Source: Candidatus Margulisiibacteriota bacterium (GTDB lineage: Bacteria > Margulisbacteria > Marinamargulisbacteria > JBHPDY01). From it: 33,626 nucleotides of DNA. The notes beneath the pieces were generated by a model. The model was not told the DNA's origin, ran no database searches, and worked only from the letters and a program-made list of their open reading frames with translations. The DNA is taken from positions 1 through 33,626 of the forward strand of contig JBHPDY010000002.1 in NCBI GenBank assembly GCA_042577605.1. Direction: 5' to 3'. Position numbers and translations under genes: made by a program. Shown in pieces: positions 18,528 through 27,643 of this stretch; the first letter of the stretch is position 1; every line of letters begins with the position of its first letter.

Positions 18528-19763
18528 TTATCGATATTTACGTGCTACCAAAACCGCATTATGCCCACCAAATCCAAAAGAGTTAGAAATTGCGTATTCG
18601 ATATCTTTATTTTTTGCCTTATTCGGAGTGTAATTAAGATCACATTCCGGATCCGGAGTCGAATAATTAATCGTTGGTGGTATCAAATTATTCTGGATAG
18701 ATAAAGCCACAGCAATTAATTCAATCGCACCGGCCGCGCCCAGCAAATGTCCTGTCATTGACTTAGTAGAACTGATGCTTACTGTTTGGCTGTATTCACC
18801 AAAAACAGTTCTTATGGCTGTGCTTTCGTTTTTATCGTTTAAAGAAGTTGAGGTGCCATGCGCATTAATATAATCAATCTGCTCAGGTTTTACGCTTGCT
18901 AAATCCAAAGCCTGCTTCATCGCTCTTGCTGCACCAGCACCTTCCGGAGCCGGAGCAGTTATATGATAAGCATCACCGCTGCTGCCAAAACCTACAATCT
19001 CAGCATATATCTTAGCCCCTCTGGCCTTAGCATGCTCAAGCTCTTCTAAAATAAGAATTCCTGAACCGTCACCCATAATAAATCCATCTCTGTTTAGATC
19101 GAATGGCCTTGAAGCCCCTTTGGGATCATCATTTCGGGTCGAAAGCGACCTGGCCGCACAAAAACATCCCAGGCCTAACGGATGAATAGCTGCTTCGGTA
19201 CCCCCCGCTATCATAGCAACCGCTACTCCATCCCGGACAAGTTTATACGCATTACCAAGGGAATGAGTCGCAGAAGCACAGGCAGTAACAGAACACGAAT
19301 TAGGCCCTTTAGCGCCAAACTTAATCGCAACCATCCCCGAGGCCATATCACAGATCATCATCGGAACAGAAAAGGGGCTGATTTTTGAAGGGCCTCTTTC
19401 CTTCAAAACTATAGCTGCCTCCTGCAAAATCTCAATACCGCCAATCCCAGATCCTATTTCAACACCAATCTCGTCTGCTTCTTTTTCAATATCCAAACCA
19501 GAATCTTTTACTGCCTCTGCAACCGCCACCAAAGCATACAAGATAAACTTCGATGTCCGCCTAACTTCTTTTTTATCGAAATGGTCTTCCGGATTAAAGT
19601 TTTTGACCTGGGCCGCTATATGGGTAGTGAACTCCGAAACATCAAAATCTTCAATCTTGTTAACACAAGAAGTTCCACTGGATATAGTTTTCCAGTAACT
19701 ATCAACATTATTCCCGCCCGGATTAATGGTCCCTAATCCTGTAATAACTACACGCTTACTCAC
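18528..19763 (-). CDS. fabF: 3-oxoacyl-ACP synthase II
   Basis: 411 aa with active-site Cys in SVTACASATHS, and His residues in NAHGTSTSLND and KSMTGHLLGAAG. Follows acpP as in the canonical cluster. Confidence 0.95.
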   Translation of the reverse strand: MSKRVVITGLGTINPGGNNVDSYWKTISSGTSCVNKIEDFDVSEFTTHIAAQVKNFNPEDHFDKKEVRRTSKFILYALVAVAEAVKDSGLDIEKEADEIGVEIGSGIGGIEILQEAAIVLKERGPSKISPFSVPMMICDMASGMVAIKFGAKGPNSCSVTACASATHSLGNAYKLVRDGVAVAMIAGGTEAAIHPLGLGCFCAARSLSTRNDDPKGASRPFDLNRDGFIMGDGSGILILEELEHAKARGAKIYAEIVGFGSSGDAYHITAPAPEGAGAARAMKQALDLASVKPEQIDYINAHGTSTSLNDKNESTAIRTVFGEYSQTVSISSTKSMTGHLLGAAGAIELIAVALSIQNNLIPPTINYSTPDPECDLNYTPNKAKNKDIEYAISNSFGFGGHNAVLVARKYR

Positions 19764-19863
19764 AATGTATCTCCTTAAGACACTAAAATAGAAAACACAC
19801 TTACTAGAAAAGTCTAATATTCCTGCAAAATAAAAAACACAAGTAACAGACTATAACTATCTA

Positions 19864-20112
19864 TTACTTAATATTGCCGACAATATAGTCAACGGTCTTT
19901 CCTACGGTAACCAATTTTTCTGCTTCTTCATCAGCGATTTCAGTACTGAACTCTTCTTCCAAAGCCATAACTAATTCTACTGTATCCAGAGAATCCGCTC
20001 CTAGATCATCGGTATAGGAAGCTTCTTTTGTTACTTCTTCTTCTGAAACTCCTAACTGCTCCACGATAACGTTTTTAACCTTTGTATAAACTTCTTCTTC
20101 TGTTAATGCCAT
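19864..20112 (-). CDS. acpP: acyl carrier protein
   Basis: 82 aa, acidic, with the phosphopantetheine-attachment motif [19 protein letters not shown]. Confidence 0.95.
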   Translation of the reverse strand: MALTEEEVYTKVKNVIVEQLGVSEEEVTKEASYTDDLGADSLDTVELVMALEEEFSTEIADEEAEKLVTVGKTVDYIVGNIK

Positions 20113-20145
20113 TTATCTTTCCTCCTAATTTTTTAATACCTTAAA

Positions 20146-20889
20146 TTACATCAAAATACCACCATCAACATTAATAACCTGCCCGGTGATATAAGATGAT
20201 TGTTCCGAAACTAAAAAGGCAACTAAATCCGCAACATTTTGTACTGAACCTAACCGCCGCTTTGGAACCGCTCCTATTATATTATCAATATATTCTTTCG
20301 GTAAAGATTTAATCATATCAGTTTCAATAAAGCCCGGAGCAACCGCATTGCAATTAATGCCTTTGGCCCCAAACTCTTTAGCTACAGTTTTTGTAAAACC
20401 GACCATACCTGCTTTAGCTGCCGCATAGTTGGCCTGGCCCGGATTTCCCATTAATCCCACCACAGAAGCAATATTAACGATCCTTCCGGATTTCTGTTTT
20501 AACATTTGTCTGATTACAGCTTTTGTACAATAAAAAACCGAATTCAAATTAACGTTTATGACCTGTTCCCACTCTTCTGCTTTCATCCTTAACAGCAAAT
20601 TGTCTCTGGTAATACCTGCATTGTTCACCAGAATATCTATTCTCCCGAATTTCTGGCATACTGTCTCTACCATCTTCTGCACATCTTCAAAATTTGCTAC
20701 ATTAACTTTGATACCCAAAGCCTCAACACCAAATTTTGCCGACAATTCTTCTGCCGCTTTATCACAAACAGCTTCGTCTAAATCAGCGACAATAACTTTA
20801 GCCTTGTTCTGAGCAAGAGTAGAAGCAATAGCATAACCAATCCCTCTACCTGCCCCTGTAACAACCGCAACCTGTTCTTTCAAATCCAT
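20146..20889 (-). CDS. fabG: 3-oxoacyl-ACP reductase
   Basis: 247 aa SDR with TGAGRGIG, NNAG and the catalytic Y-x3-K (NYAAAKAG). Cluster context. Confidence 0.93.
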   Translation of the reverse strand: MDLKEQVAVVTGAGRGIGYAIASTLAQNKAKVIVADLDEAVCDKAAEELSAKFGVEALGIKVNVANFEDVQKMVETVCQKFGRIDILVNNAGITRDNLLLRMKAEEWEQVINVNLNSVFYCTKAVIRQMLKQKSGRIVNIASVVGLMGNPGQANYAAAKAGMVGFTKTVAKEFGAKGINCNAVAPGFIETDMIKSLPKEYIDNIIGAVPKRRLGSVQNVADLVAFLVSEQSSYITGQVINVDGGILM

Positions 20890-20899
20890 ATTACCTCCT

Positions 20900-21853
20900 T
20901 TAACCGGAAATTAAATCTTCCACCCGCTTGCTGCCGGAAAATTCTTCAATAAACCTTAAATACGAATCTTCATCAGATATATTTACGAGTTGAATATTTG
21001 GATTAATCTTCTTAATCAAGCCCGATAAAACCCTCCCCGGCCCGCATTCAATAATAACATCAACCTTTTCAGACATATAAAGCATAGAATCTATCCAGTT
21101 TACCGGAGAAATAATCTGAAGCGGAAGGTTATCTTTTAAAGCACTGGCCTTAGTCTCTGGAGAAGCTGTCCGGTTTAATACAATCGGAACAGTCGCATCT
21201 ATAAACTTAACTTCCTCCAGCGTCTCCCCAAACTCCCGGCTTCCTTTGCTCATCAATGGAGAATGAAACGGGCCACTGACATTTAAAGGCAACACTCTGC
21301 CGCCCTGCTCTTTGCATAATTGAACAGCATCAGCCACAGCCTGTTTTTCCCCGGAAATAACCACTTGGCCAGGACTGTTATAATTTGCCACCACAACTTT
21401 GCCAGAAACCTCTTTTACTAATTTTTCAACAGTTTTTACATCTAAAGTTAAAATAGCTGCCATTGCCGAATCCTCTGAAGGATATGAATTTGCCATAGCC
21501 CTAGCCCTTTTATCTATCACATTCAAGGCAGTTTCCAGGTCAAAAACACTGCTTACATAATAAGCTGTTATCTCACCTAAGCTATGGCCTGCAACCAGGC
21601 TTGGAACAATCCGGGCCTTCTTTAACAGTTCGGCAATGCAAACAGACACCAGAAAAATACTTGGTTGTGCATTAATAGTCTGCCTCAGCTCTTCATCAGG
21701 GCCTTCGAAACAAATCTTTGCCAGATCCCGGCCTAAAACTGAATTCGCACTTGCGAAAATATTCTTTATTTCCTCGTAATTATCAAAAAAAACTTTTCCC
21801 ATACCTGGTTTCTGAGAACCTTGCCCAGGAAAAACAAAGCCAAATTTAGTCAT
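20900..21853 (-). CDS. fabD: malonyl-CoA-ACP transacylase
   Basis: 317 aa with FPGQGSQ and the active-site GHSLGE. Confidence 0.93.
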   Translation of the reverse strand: MTKFGFVFPGQGSQKPGMGKVFFDNYEEIKNIFASANSVLGRDLAKICFEGPDEELRQTINAQPSIFLVSVCIAELLKKARIVPSLVAGHSLGEITAYYVSSVFDLETALNVIDKRARAMANSYPSEDSAMAAILTLDVKTVEKLVKEVSGKVVVANYNSPGQVVISGEKQAVADAVQLCKEQGGRVLPLNVSGPFHSPLMSKGSREFGETLEEVKFIDATVPIVLNRTASPETKASALKDNLPLQIISPVNWIDSMLYMSEKVDVIIECGPGRVLSGLIKKINPNIQLVNISDEDSYLRFIEEFSGSKRVEDLISG

Positions 21854-22847
21854 TTCTACCTCCCCAGCGTAATATATTTACCCCCCAGGTAAAACCAGCC
21901 CCGAAACCGACAAATAATAACTTGTCCCCATCTTTGACCCTTCCTTCGGCAAGTGCTTCTGTTAAAGCAATAGGGATTGAAGCAGCAGATGTATTTCCAT
22001 ATTTATTCAGATTTATAACCAGCTGTTCAGGACGCAATTCCAATTTTTCTCTTACATATTCTATAATCCTCAAATTTGCCTGGTGCATAATAAAATGGTC
22101 TATGTCCCCGGATTCCAAATCCGCTTCTTTCAAGATATCTTTTATCGCCTTCAATACTTTACTTATAGCAACCTTAAAAACCGCTTTGCCATCCATATAA
22201 ATATATTGTTCATTTTTATCTAAACGTTCTTTTGAGACCGGGTTCCTGGACCCGCCTGCCCTAACCTTTAAAATATCTTCCGCACTGCCATCCGCATATA
22301 ACTTGGAAGCCATTAAACCATACCCGGATTTTACATCAGATAAGATTACAGCCCCGGCACCATCCCCAAACAGCACACATGTAGAACGATCCTTCCAATT
22401 CAGGTACTTTGATAAACAATCTACGCCAATTACCAGCACGTTTTTAGCATAACCGGAAATTATGTACTGGGCAGCTGTGGTAAGGGCATAATTAAAACCA
22501 GTACAGGCTGCAGAAACATCAAAAGCGCCTACATTCCTTAAGCCAAGCTTATTCTGTAAAATACAGGCTGTAGACGGGAACACCTGATAATCAGGAGAGG
22601 TGGTGGCCACTATTATCAGATCAATATCTTCGGGTTTTAATCCGGCATTTTCCAAAGCAGCTTTCGCAGCCTCAAATCCCAGGTCAGAACTTGCAGTATC
22701 ATTGCCTGCTATCCGTCTTTCCTTGATCCCGGTCCTATCAGTAATCCAATCGTCTGATGTATCTAAGCCTAATTTAACAAAATCATTGTTTGTTACAATC
22801 TTTGGAGGCACAGATTTTCCACATCCTATTATACCTATCGACTTCAT
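21846..22847 (-). CDS. fabH: 3-oxoacyl-ACP synthase III
   Basis: 333 aa with Cys in DVSAACTGFNYAL, His in MHQANLRI and Asn in YGNTSAASIP. Overlaps fabD by 8 nt. Confidence 0.93.
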   Translation of the reverse strand: MKSIGIIGCGKSVPPKIVTNNDFVKLGLDTSDDWITDRTGIKERRIAGNDTASSDLGFEAAKAALENAGLKPEDIDLIIVATTSPDYQVFPSTACILQNKLGLRNVGAFDVSAACTGFNYALTTAAQYIISGYAKNVLVIGVDCLSKYLNWKDRSTCVLFGDGAGAVILSDVKSGYGLMASKLYADGSAEDILKVRAGGSRNPVSKERLDKNEQYIYMDGKAVFKVAISKVLKAIKDILKEADLESGDIDHFIMHQANLRIIEYVREKLELRPEQLVINLNKYGNTSAASIPIALTEALAEGRVKDGDKLLFVGFGAGFTWGVNILRWGGRND

Positions 22848-22872
22848 TTATTTTTCCTCAATTGATTAGAAA

Positions 22873-23859
22873 TTATTTTATTCCTTCCGAAATTCTTTCA
22901 ACAATATTGTTATTAATACTTTTCACACATATCTTAATAGCATTTTTTATAGCAATTGATTTTGATTTACCATGCGCTATTATGGAAATCCCGCTCACAC
23001 CTAAAAGAGGAGCTCCGCCATATTCGATATAATCATATTCCTTTTTAAATCGCCTTAAGGCCGGCTTTAAAAACAGCAAGCCAATTTTAGACATCAAAGA
23101 AGAACGGGCCTCATTTTTAAAAAAATCCGCAAATAAGTTGGTGGCCCCTTCCCCGAATTTCAGGATAGCGTTACCAACAAAACCATCGCATACAACAACA
23201 TCTACATGTCCGGACAAAACATCTTTACCCTCAATATTTCCGATAAAATTCAAAGAAGTTCCGCTTATAAGCGAGAAAGCGCTCTGGGTCAAAAAATTGC
23301 CTTTACTCTTCTCCTCGCCGATATTAAGCAACCCTACTTTAGGCGATTTGATATCCAAAACTATCTCGGCATATACACTGCCCATCTTTGCAAACTGGGC
23401 TAAATATTTTGCTTTGCAGTCCACATTGGACCCTACATCCAAGACAATAACCTTTCCATTTTTCCTCGGCAACACCGCTGCTATAGCAGGGCGGTCAATC
23501 CCAGAAATCCGGCCGAGTAACATTGTTGAAGCAAGCATTACGGCGCCGGTATTTCCAGCGGAAACAAATCCTTGAGCTCTTTTGTCTTTGATAAGTTCCA
23601 AGCCAATTCTGATAGAAGAATCTTTTTTCTTTTTAAAAGATTCCATGGGCGAATCGGACATTTCAACATTTTCCGAAGCATGAACAATAGAAACATTTTC
23701 ATAGGGAAAGCCGGGAATAGCAGATATAGCTTTTTCTAACCGCCCTTGATCTCCAACAAGTACAATTTCAATGGGATTTTCTTTTATCGCTAAGTGTACT
23801 CCTGCAATTATTTCACCAGGCGCGAAATCTCCTCCCATTGCATCAACTGCAATTTTCAT
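22873..23859 (-). CDS. plsX: phosphate acyltransferase PlsX
   Basis: 328 aa: MKIAVDAMGGDFAP... and CDGFVGN. Lies between rpmF and fabH as usual. Confidence 0.93.
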   Translation of the reverse strand: MKIAVDAMGGDFAPGEIIAGVHLAIKENPIEIVLVGDQGRLEKAISAIPGFPYENVSIVHASENVEMSDSPMESFKKKKDSSIRIGLELIKDKRAQGFVSAGNTGAVMLASTMLLGRISGIDRPAIAAVLPRKNGKVIVLDVGSNVDCKAKYLAQFAKMGSVYAEIVLDIKSPKVGLLNIGEEKSKGNFLTQSAFSLISGTSLNFIGNIEGKDVLSGHVDVVVCDGFVGNAILKFGEGATNLFADFFKNEARSSLMSKIGLLFLKPALRRFKKEYDYIEYGGAPLLGVSGISIIAHGKSKSIAIKNAIKICVKSINNNIVERISEGIK

Positions 23860-23867
23860 TAATCTAA

Positions 23868-24068
23868 TTATTCCTTCTTTTTACTACTTTTCTGCTTGAT
23901 CTGAACTACTTCTCTTCCTTTATAATCGCCGCATTCAGGACAAACCTGATGGGGCACAATCGGAGCGCTGCATTTGGAACATGTTTTCAAATTCGGTGCT
24001 TCCACTTTCCAGCAAGCTCTTTTAATCCTTTTTTTAGATTTAGAGCGCCGTTTTTTCGGTACAGCCAT
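23868..24068 (-). CDS. rpmF: 50S ribosomal protein L32 (zinc-ribbon form)
   Basis: 66 aa starting MAVPKKRRSKSKKR, with CSKC...CPEC. Confidence 0.93.
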   Translation of the reverse strand: MAVPKKRRSKSKKRIKRACWKVEAPNLKTCSKCSAPIVPHQVCPECGDYKGREVVQIKQKSSKKKE

Positions 24069-24157
24069 ATTTTTTCTAGTCCTCTCCTAGTTTTCTTGAA
24101 ATAAAGAGCATCATAATAAGAAGTCTCTTTTTGTTTGTCAACTCAGGGCCTGTATTA

Positions 24158-24240
24158 GAAATGGGAAATGGGAAATGGGGGAATAAAATAAGAGACAGAA
24201 TGGATAAAACCATCCGTAGAGACGTGATTCATCACGTCTC
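24158..24240 (-). repeat. intergenic repeat family 'B', copy 1 (minus orientation), ending in a 22-bp palindrome
   Basis: The reverse complement of 24158-24240 aligns with 27405-27500. Shared blocks are AGACGTGATG...AATCACGTC, then TTTT(A/G)TCCATTCTGT(C/A)TCTTATTTT and CCCCCATTTCCCAT. Identity is roughly 85 percent outside a 25-nt loop insertion in the other copy. The palindrome GAGACGTGAT-TC-ATCACGTCTC sits at 24219-24240, and (ATGGGAA)x3 at 24161-24181. Confidence 0.85.
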
Positions 24241-24277
24241 CGTACAACAAACAAAAGAAAAGAACCGGGGATTGTAA

Positions 24278-24298
24278 AGACGTTGCACTGCAACGTCT
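24278..24298. repeat. 21-bp perfect palindrome AGACGTTGCA-C-TGCAACGTCT
   Basis: Exact inverted repeat with the same AGACGT...ACGTCT outer arms as the palindrome at 24219-24240. It is followed by ATGGATAAAA and AAATGGGAAATG blocks that also occur, in swapped order, left of the first palindrome. Confidence 0.85.
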
Positions 24299-24424
24299 CC
24301 TGTATAGCAGACAACATGGATAAAATAATACAGTAAATGGGAAATGATACAAAATTTAGTATTCCTTTTATATATATATTTATGTTAAAATTCCATCCAA
24401 ACAAAAAGCAATAATTACTACCCC

Positions 24425-24447
24425 TTGAATTAAAAAAGGCAATTCAA
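24425..24447. promoter_or_regulatory. 7-bp perfect inverted repeat TTGAATT-N9-AATTCAA just upstream of the glnA RBS
   Basis: TTGAATT at 24425-24431 and AATTCAA at 24441-24447. The GGAG RBS is at 24452-24455 and the glnA ATG at 24463. Either an operator or a 5'-UTR hairpin is possible. Confidence 0.3.
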
Positions 24448-24462
24448 AAAAGGAGCCAAAAA

Positions 24463-25884
24463 ATGAAAATAAATACGCCGGAAGACGTAATTGCATTGGT
24501 AAAAAAGGAAAACATAAAAATAATTGACTTGAGGTTTACGGATCTACCCGGAACCTGGCAACATTTCTCTATACCTGCTTCAGCATTAGAGCCCAGCACA
24601 TTTGAACAAGGCTTAGGATTCGATGGATCCAGCATGCGTGCCTGGCAATCTATTAACGAGTCCGATATGCTGGTTAAACCCATCCCGGAAACCGCATTTA
24701 TTGATCCTTTTTATAAAGTAAAAAGTCTAGTGCTTAACTGCAACATTTTTGATCCTGTAACAGGGGAAGCATACGAAAAAGATCCCAGGAAAATTGCCCA
24801 AAAAGCAGAACTATACCTTATAAACAGCGGCATCGGAAATATCGCATTTTTTGGCCCTGAAGCTGAATTTTTTATTTTTGACGATATCAGATTTGATCAA
24901 AAAGAGAATAAAGGCTTTTACTATATTGATTCAGATGAAGGAAAATGGAACTCCGGAAAAGAAGAAAATCCGAACCTGGGTTATAAGCCCCGCTATAAAG
25001 AAGGTTACTTCCCCGTACCTCCCAGCGATAAACAACAAGACATACGCAGCGAAATGCTGCTAACTCTACAAGAAATTGGCGTACCAGGAGAAGCACAGCA
25101 TCATGAAGTAGCATCCGGGGGTCAGGGAGAACTCGCAATCAAATGTTCCCCTTTAGTACAAATCGCAGATAACCTGCTTAAATACAAATATGTTGTGAAA
25201 AATGTCGCCCACAAGCATGGTAAAACTGCCACCTTCATGCCCAAACCGATCTGGAATGATAACGGAAGCGGTATGCATGTCCATTTCTCAATCTGGAAAG
25301 ACGGCAAAAACCTTTTTGCAGGAGACGGTTACGGCGGAATGTCAGAACTGGCAATGTACGCTATCGGCGGAATCTTAAAACACGCACCTGCCCTGCTGGC
25401 GTTCACTAATCCCAGCACCAATAGTTATAAACGCCTGGTCCCAGGCTTTGAGGCTCCGGTTAATTTAGCTTATTCCCGGAGGAATAGAAGCGCAGCCATC
25501 AGAATCCCTATGTGCCATTCTTCTGAAAAAACAAAAAGATTTGAATTCAGGTGCCCTGATGCAACTGCCAATCCTTATCTATGTTTTTCAGCGATCCTGA
25601 TGGCTGGTATCGATGGCATATTAAATAAAATCAATCCCGGACAACCGTTGGATAAGGACATCTATGACCTGCCTCCTGAAGAACTGGAAAACGTCCCTCA
25701 AACACCAGCCTCACTTACAGATGCCCTGAAAGCGCTTGAAAAAGATTATGAATTTCTTTTGAAGGGCGATGTATTTACAGAAGAGATCATTGAAGCCTGG
25801 ATTAACTACAAACTAAAAAAAGAGGTAGAGGCTATTGAGTCAAGGCCTCACCCTTGGGAATTTGCGTTGTATTTTGACATCTGA
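24463..25884 (+). CDS. glnA: glutamine synthetase, type I
   Basis: 473 aa with GSGMHVHFS and [17 protein letters not shown]. The adenylylation-loop Tyr context DIYDLPPEE is present. Confidence 0.96.
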   Translation: MKINTPEDVIALVKKENIKIIDLRFTDLPGTWQHFSIPASALEPSTFEQGLGFDGSSMRAWQSINESDMLVKPIPETAFIDPFYKVKSLVLNCNIFDPVTGEAYEKDPRKIAQKAELYLINSGIGNIAFFGPEAEFFIFDDIRFDQKENKGFYYIDSDEGKWNSGKEENPNLGYKPRYKEGYFPVPPSDKQQDIRSEMLLTLQEIGVPGEAQHHEVASGGQGELAIKCSPLVQIADNLLKYKYVVKNVAHKHGKTATFMPKPIWNDNGSGMHVHFSIWKDGKNLFAGDGYGGMSELAMYAIGGILKHAPALLAFTNPSTNSYKRLVPGFEAPVNLAYSRRNRSAAIRIPMCHSSEKTKRFEFRCPDATANPYLCFSAILMAGIDGILNKINPGQPLDKDIYDLPPEELENVPQTPASLTDALKALEKDYEFLLKGDVFTEEIIEAWINYKLKKEVEAIESRPHPWEFALYFDI

Positions 25885-26011
25885 TTATATTAATTTAAAA
25901 AAAATATGAAATTTTTTTGGGATTTTGCCGATAACTTTATAGATAGGCTAAAAAGTATCTCTTAAAAAAAAAAATTCTAATAATAAAAATTCAAAGAATG
26001 CGAGTACAATA

Positions 26012-26482
26012 ATGAATATTAATAAACCTGTTATACTAACCTCTGAGAACGAAAAACGTTTCTATAACTTTATCGTTTTTGAACCTGCTTCTTCCAGGAT
26101 CAGCGAACAGGATATTCTGTTTAAGGGAGCCCAGGTCAAGCATACATTTGAAATAATCCAGAAAAAACTCTTAGTTTCTACTGATCTGAAAACACAAATA
26201 ATTCAGAACAGGCTGGCAAAAATTAATCAAATGCTAGAATTGCTTTCTAATCATGAAAACATTTTGATATCCAAATTCTTTGACAGGGTATGGAGGCGTT
26301 ACTCCCATATCAGCAACTTAGGTGAATACCTGCTGGACTTCACCACTTATATGACGTGCTTCCCGGAATACCATAACAAAAAAATGGGCCTCCTTGCCAA
26401 ACGCATTGACGCTTCCAGTTATGATGACTTTCAGGCCGCTGCTCAAGAACAACAAGATGACTTTGCTACAGTTGAAGAATAA
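26012..26482 (+). CDS. hypothetical protein with an acidic C-terminus
   Basis: 156-aa ORF. No motif recognised. Ends in QEQQDDFATVEE. Coding status rests on ORF length and position only. Confidence 0.45.
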   Translation: MNINKPVILTSENEKRFYNFIVFEPASSRISEQDILFKGAQVKHTFEIIQKKLLVSTDLKTQIIQNRLAKINQMLELLSNHENILISKFFDRVWRRYSHISNLGEYLLDFTTYMTCFPEYHNKKMGLLAKRIDASSYDDFQAAAQEQQDDFATVEE

Positions 26483-26526
26483 ATCTTGTTATTGTAGGCT
26501 AAACACACTCCAAAAATCATTCTCTA

Positions 26527-27363
26527 ATGATTAACAAGCTAGTACAAGTAAGTAAAAACATTGCCTATGGAGCTTGCTTGGGCATTGCCAACATAATCCC
26601 TGGTGTCAGCGGTGGCACTATGGCTGTAATACTTGGAATTTATAGCAAACTTATCCATGCTATCGGCAATTTCTTTTCCGACAGGAAAAACCGCAAACAA
26701 TACTTCGGTTTTCTTACTCAAATCGCCATAGGCGCAGGAATAAGTATCATCGTATTTTCTAGGCTAATTAGTTTTTTGCTTAAAAACGCACCCCATCCTA
26801 CCTTTTTCTTTTTCATGGGGCTAATTATGGGAAGCATTCCTATTATCTTTAAATCCTGCCCAAACCTTAAACTCTCTATTTCCAATTCCATATCCTTCAT
26901 AGTTGCTTTTGGTCTCATCATTCTTTTATCCTCTTTTAACCACTCTCTGGATACATCTTTTCATTTCACTGCTGTAACAGCAAAAGAAATACTAACTCTA
27001 TTTGTTTCCGGTTTTTTAGCTGCCGGAGCTATGGTTATCCCGGGTATCAGCGGTTCTTTTATTCTCTTGCTGTTAGGCTGCTATGGGACTATTATCCAAG
27101 CCGTATCAGAATTCAATCTCCCCATAATCTTCTACGTTGCCGCAGGTGCTGTTCCTGGTCTTTTATTTATCACAAAAATTATAGATATCAGTATCCGAAA
27201 ATACCCCACCCAAATAACTTCTGCTATATTAGGTTTAATCATTGCTTCGTTTTATCCTTTATGGCCAGGATTTACTTTTGACCTTTCCAGCTTAATGAGT
27301 GTTTTTGTTTTTGTTATAGGGGTATTCTTAGCTACCATACTTTCGAAAAAACCTGGCACTTAA
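26527..27363 (+). CDS. DUF368-family polytopic membrane protein (family recently linked to undecaprenyl-phosphate recycling)
   Basis: 278 aa, very hydrophobic, with the duplicated signature IPGVSGGTMAVILG (N half) and IPGISGSFILLLLG (C half), characteristic of DUF368. Confidence 0.7.
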   Translation: MINKLVQVSKNIAYGACLGIANIIPGVSGGTMAVILGIYSKLIHAIGNFFSDRKNRKQYFGFLTQIAIGAGISIIVFSRLISFLLKNAPHPTFFFFMGLIMGSIPIIFKSCPNLKLSISNSISFIVAFGLIILLSSFNHSLDTSFHFTAVTAKEILTLFVSGFLAAGAMVIPGISGSFILLLLGCYGTIIQAVSEFNLPIIFYVAAGAVPGLLFITKIIDISIRKYPTQITSAILGLIIASFYPLWPGFTFDLSSLMSVFVFVIGVFLATILSKKPGT

Positions 27364-27404
27364 AAACTGCTATCAGCCGCTTTCCAAACTATAAGTTTAA
27401 CAGC

Positions 27405-27500
27405 AGACGTGATGCCTGTCCTGAGCGTTAGCGTGAGGAAATCACGTCCCGCCAGATGTTTTGTCCATTCTGTATCTTATTTTCCTCCCCCATTTCCCAT
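27405..27500 (+). repeat. intergenic repeat family 'B', copy 2 (plus orientation)
   Basis: AGACGTGATG-[25-nt insert]-AATCACGTCCCGCCAGATGTTTTGTCCATTCTGTATCTTATTTTCCTCCCCCATTTCCCAT. This is homologous to the reverse complement of 24158-24240. Confidence 0.85.
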
Positions 27501-27527
27501 CCTATACCAGTCTTCGAATCATCCAAA

Positions 27528-27584
27528 TCTACCGTCCCTCTCTTTCAAGAGAGGGAACGAGGGTGAGTTTCACTTCCCATTTCC
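27528..27584. repeat. intergenic repeat family 'C', copy 2 (core 57 nt)
   Basis: TCTACCGTCCCTCTCTTTCAAGAGAGGGAACGAGGGTGAGTTTCACTTCCCATTTCC matches 17798-17854 at 55 of 57 positions. It lies 27 nt downstream of the family B copy in the same spacer. Confidence 0.9.
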
Positions 27585-27643
27585 AAATTAACTTTCCGTT
27601 TCCAACTTCCAAAGCTCTTTGGACTCTGATAAAATAACTCTCT

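Noticed and set aside
24158-24181. (ATGGGAA)x3 heptamer run, as a possible CRISPR or VNTR
   Set aside because: It has only three 7-nt units with no spacers. It is the tail of repeat family B.
24200-24277. Mini-ORF MDKTIRRDVIHHVSVQQTKEKNRGL inside repeat B, with MDK-starting counterparts at 27442..27468 (minus) and 24317..24337
   Set aside because: Only the first three or four codons are shared. A 1-nt indel between copies changes the frame. The SD-like GGAGG in one copy is about 15 nt from the ATG. This is not a conserved peptide.
24138-24404. Overlapping minus-strand ORFs 24138..24404 and 24155..24352, and the + ORF 27409..27591, share a peptide-like stretch (HSVSYF.PPFPI)
   Set aside because: The similarity comes from the nucleotide repeat (family B). 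The copies differ by indels that break the frame, the ORFs run through palindromes and heptamer repeats, and no RBS is evident. I treat them as non-coding repeats.
24069-24462. The 394-nt spacer as a host for a glutamine riboswitch, sigma54 promoter, tmRNA or RNase P RNA
   Set aside because: I found no ACGGAAG/CGUUC-type glnA-motif core, no TGGCAC-N5-TTGC element, no GAGGAAAGUCC P4 sequence, and no tRNA-like 3' end or tag ORF.
27509-27527. TTCGAATC resembling a tRNA T-loop
   Set aside because: The flanking bases cannot form a T-stem, and no acceptor or anticodon arms can be drawn. It is part of the extended family C repeat (a similar TTCGAAAC occurs at 17781).
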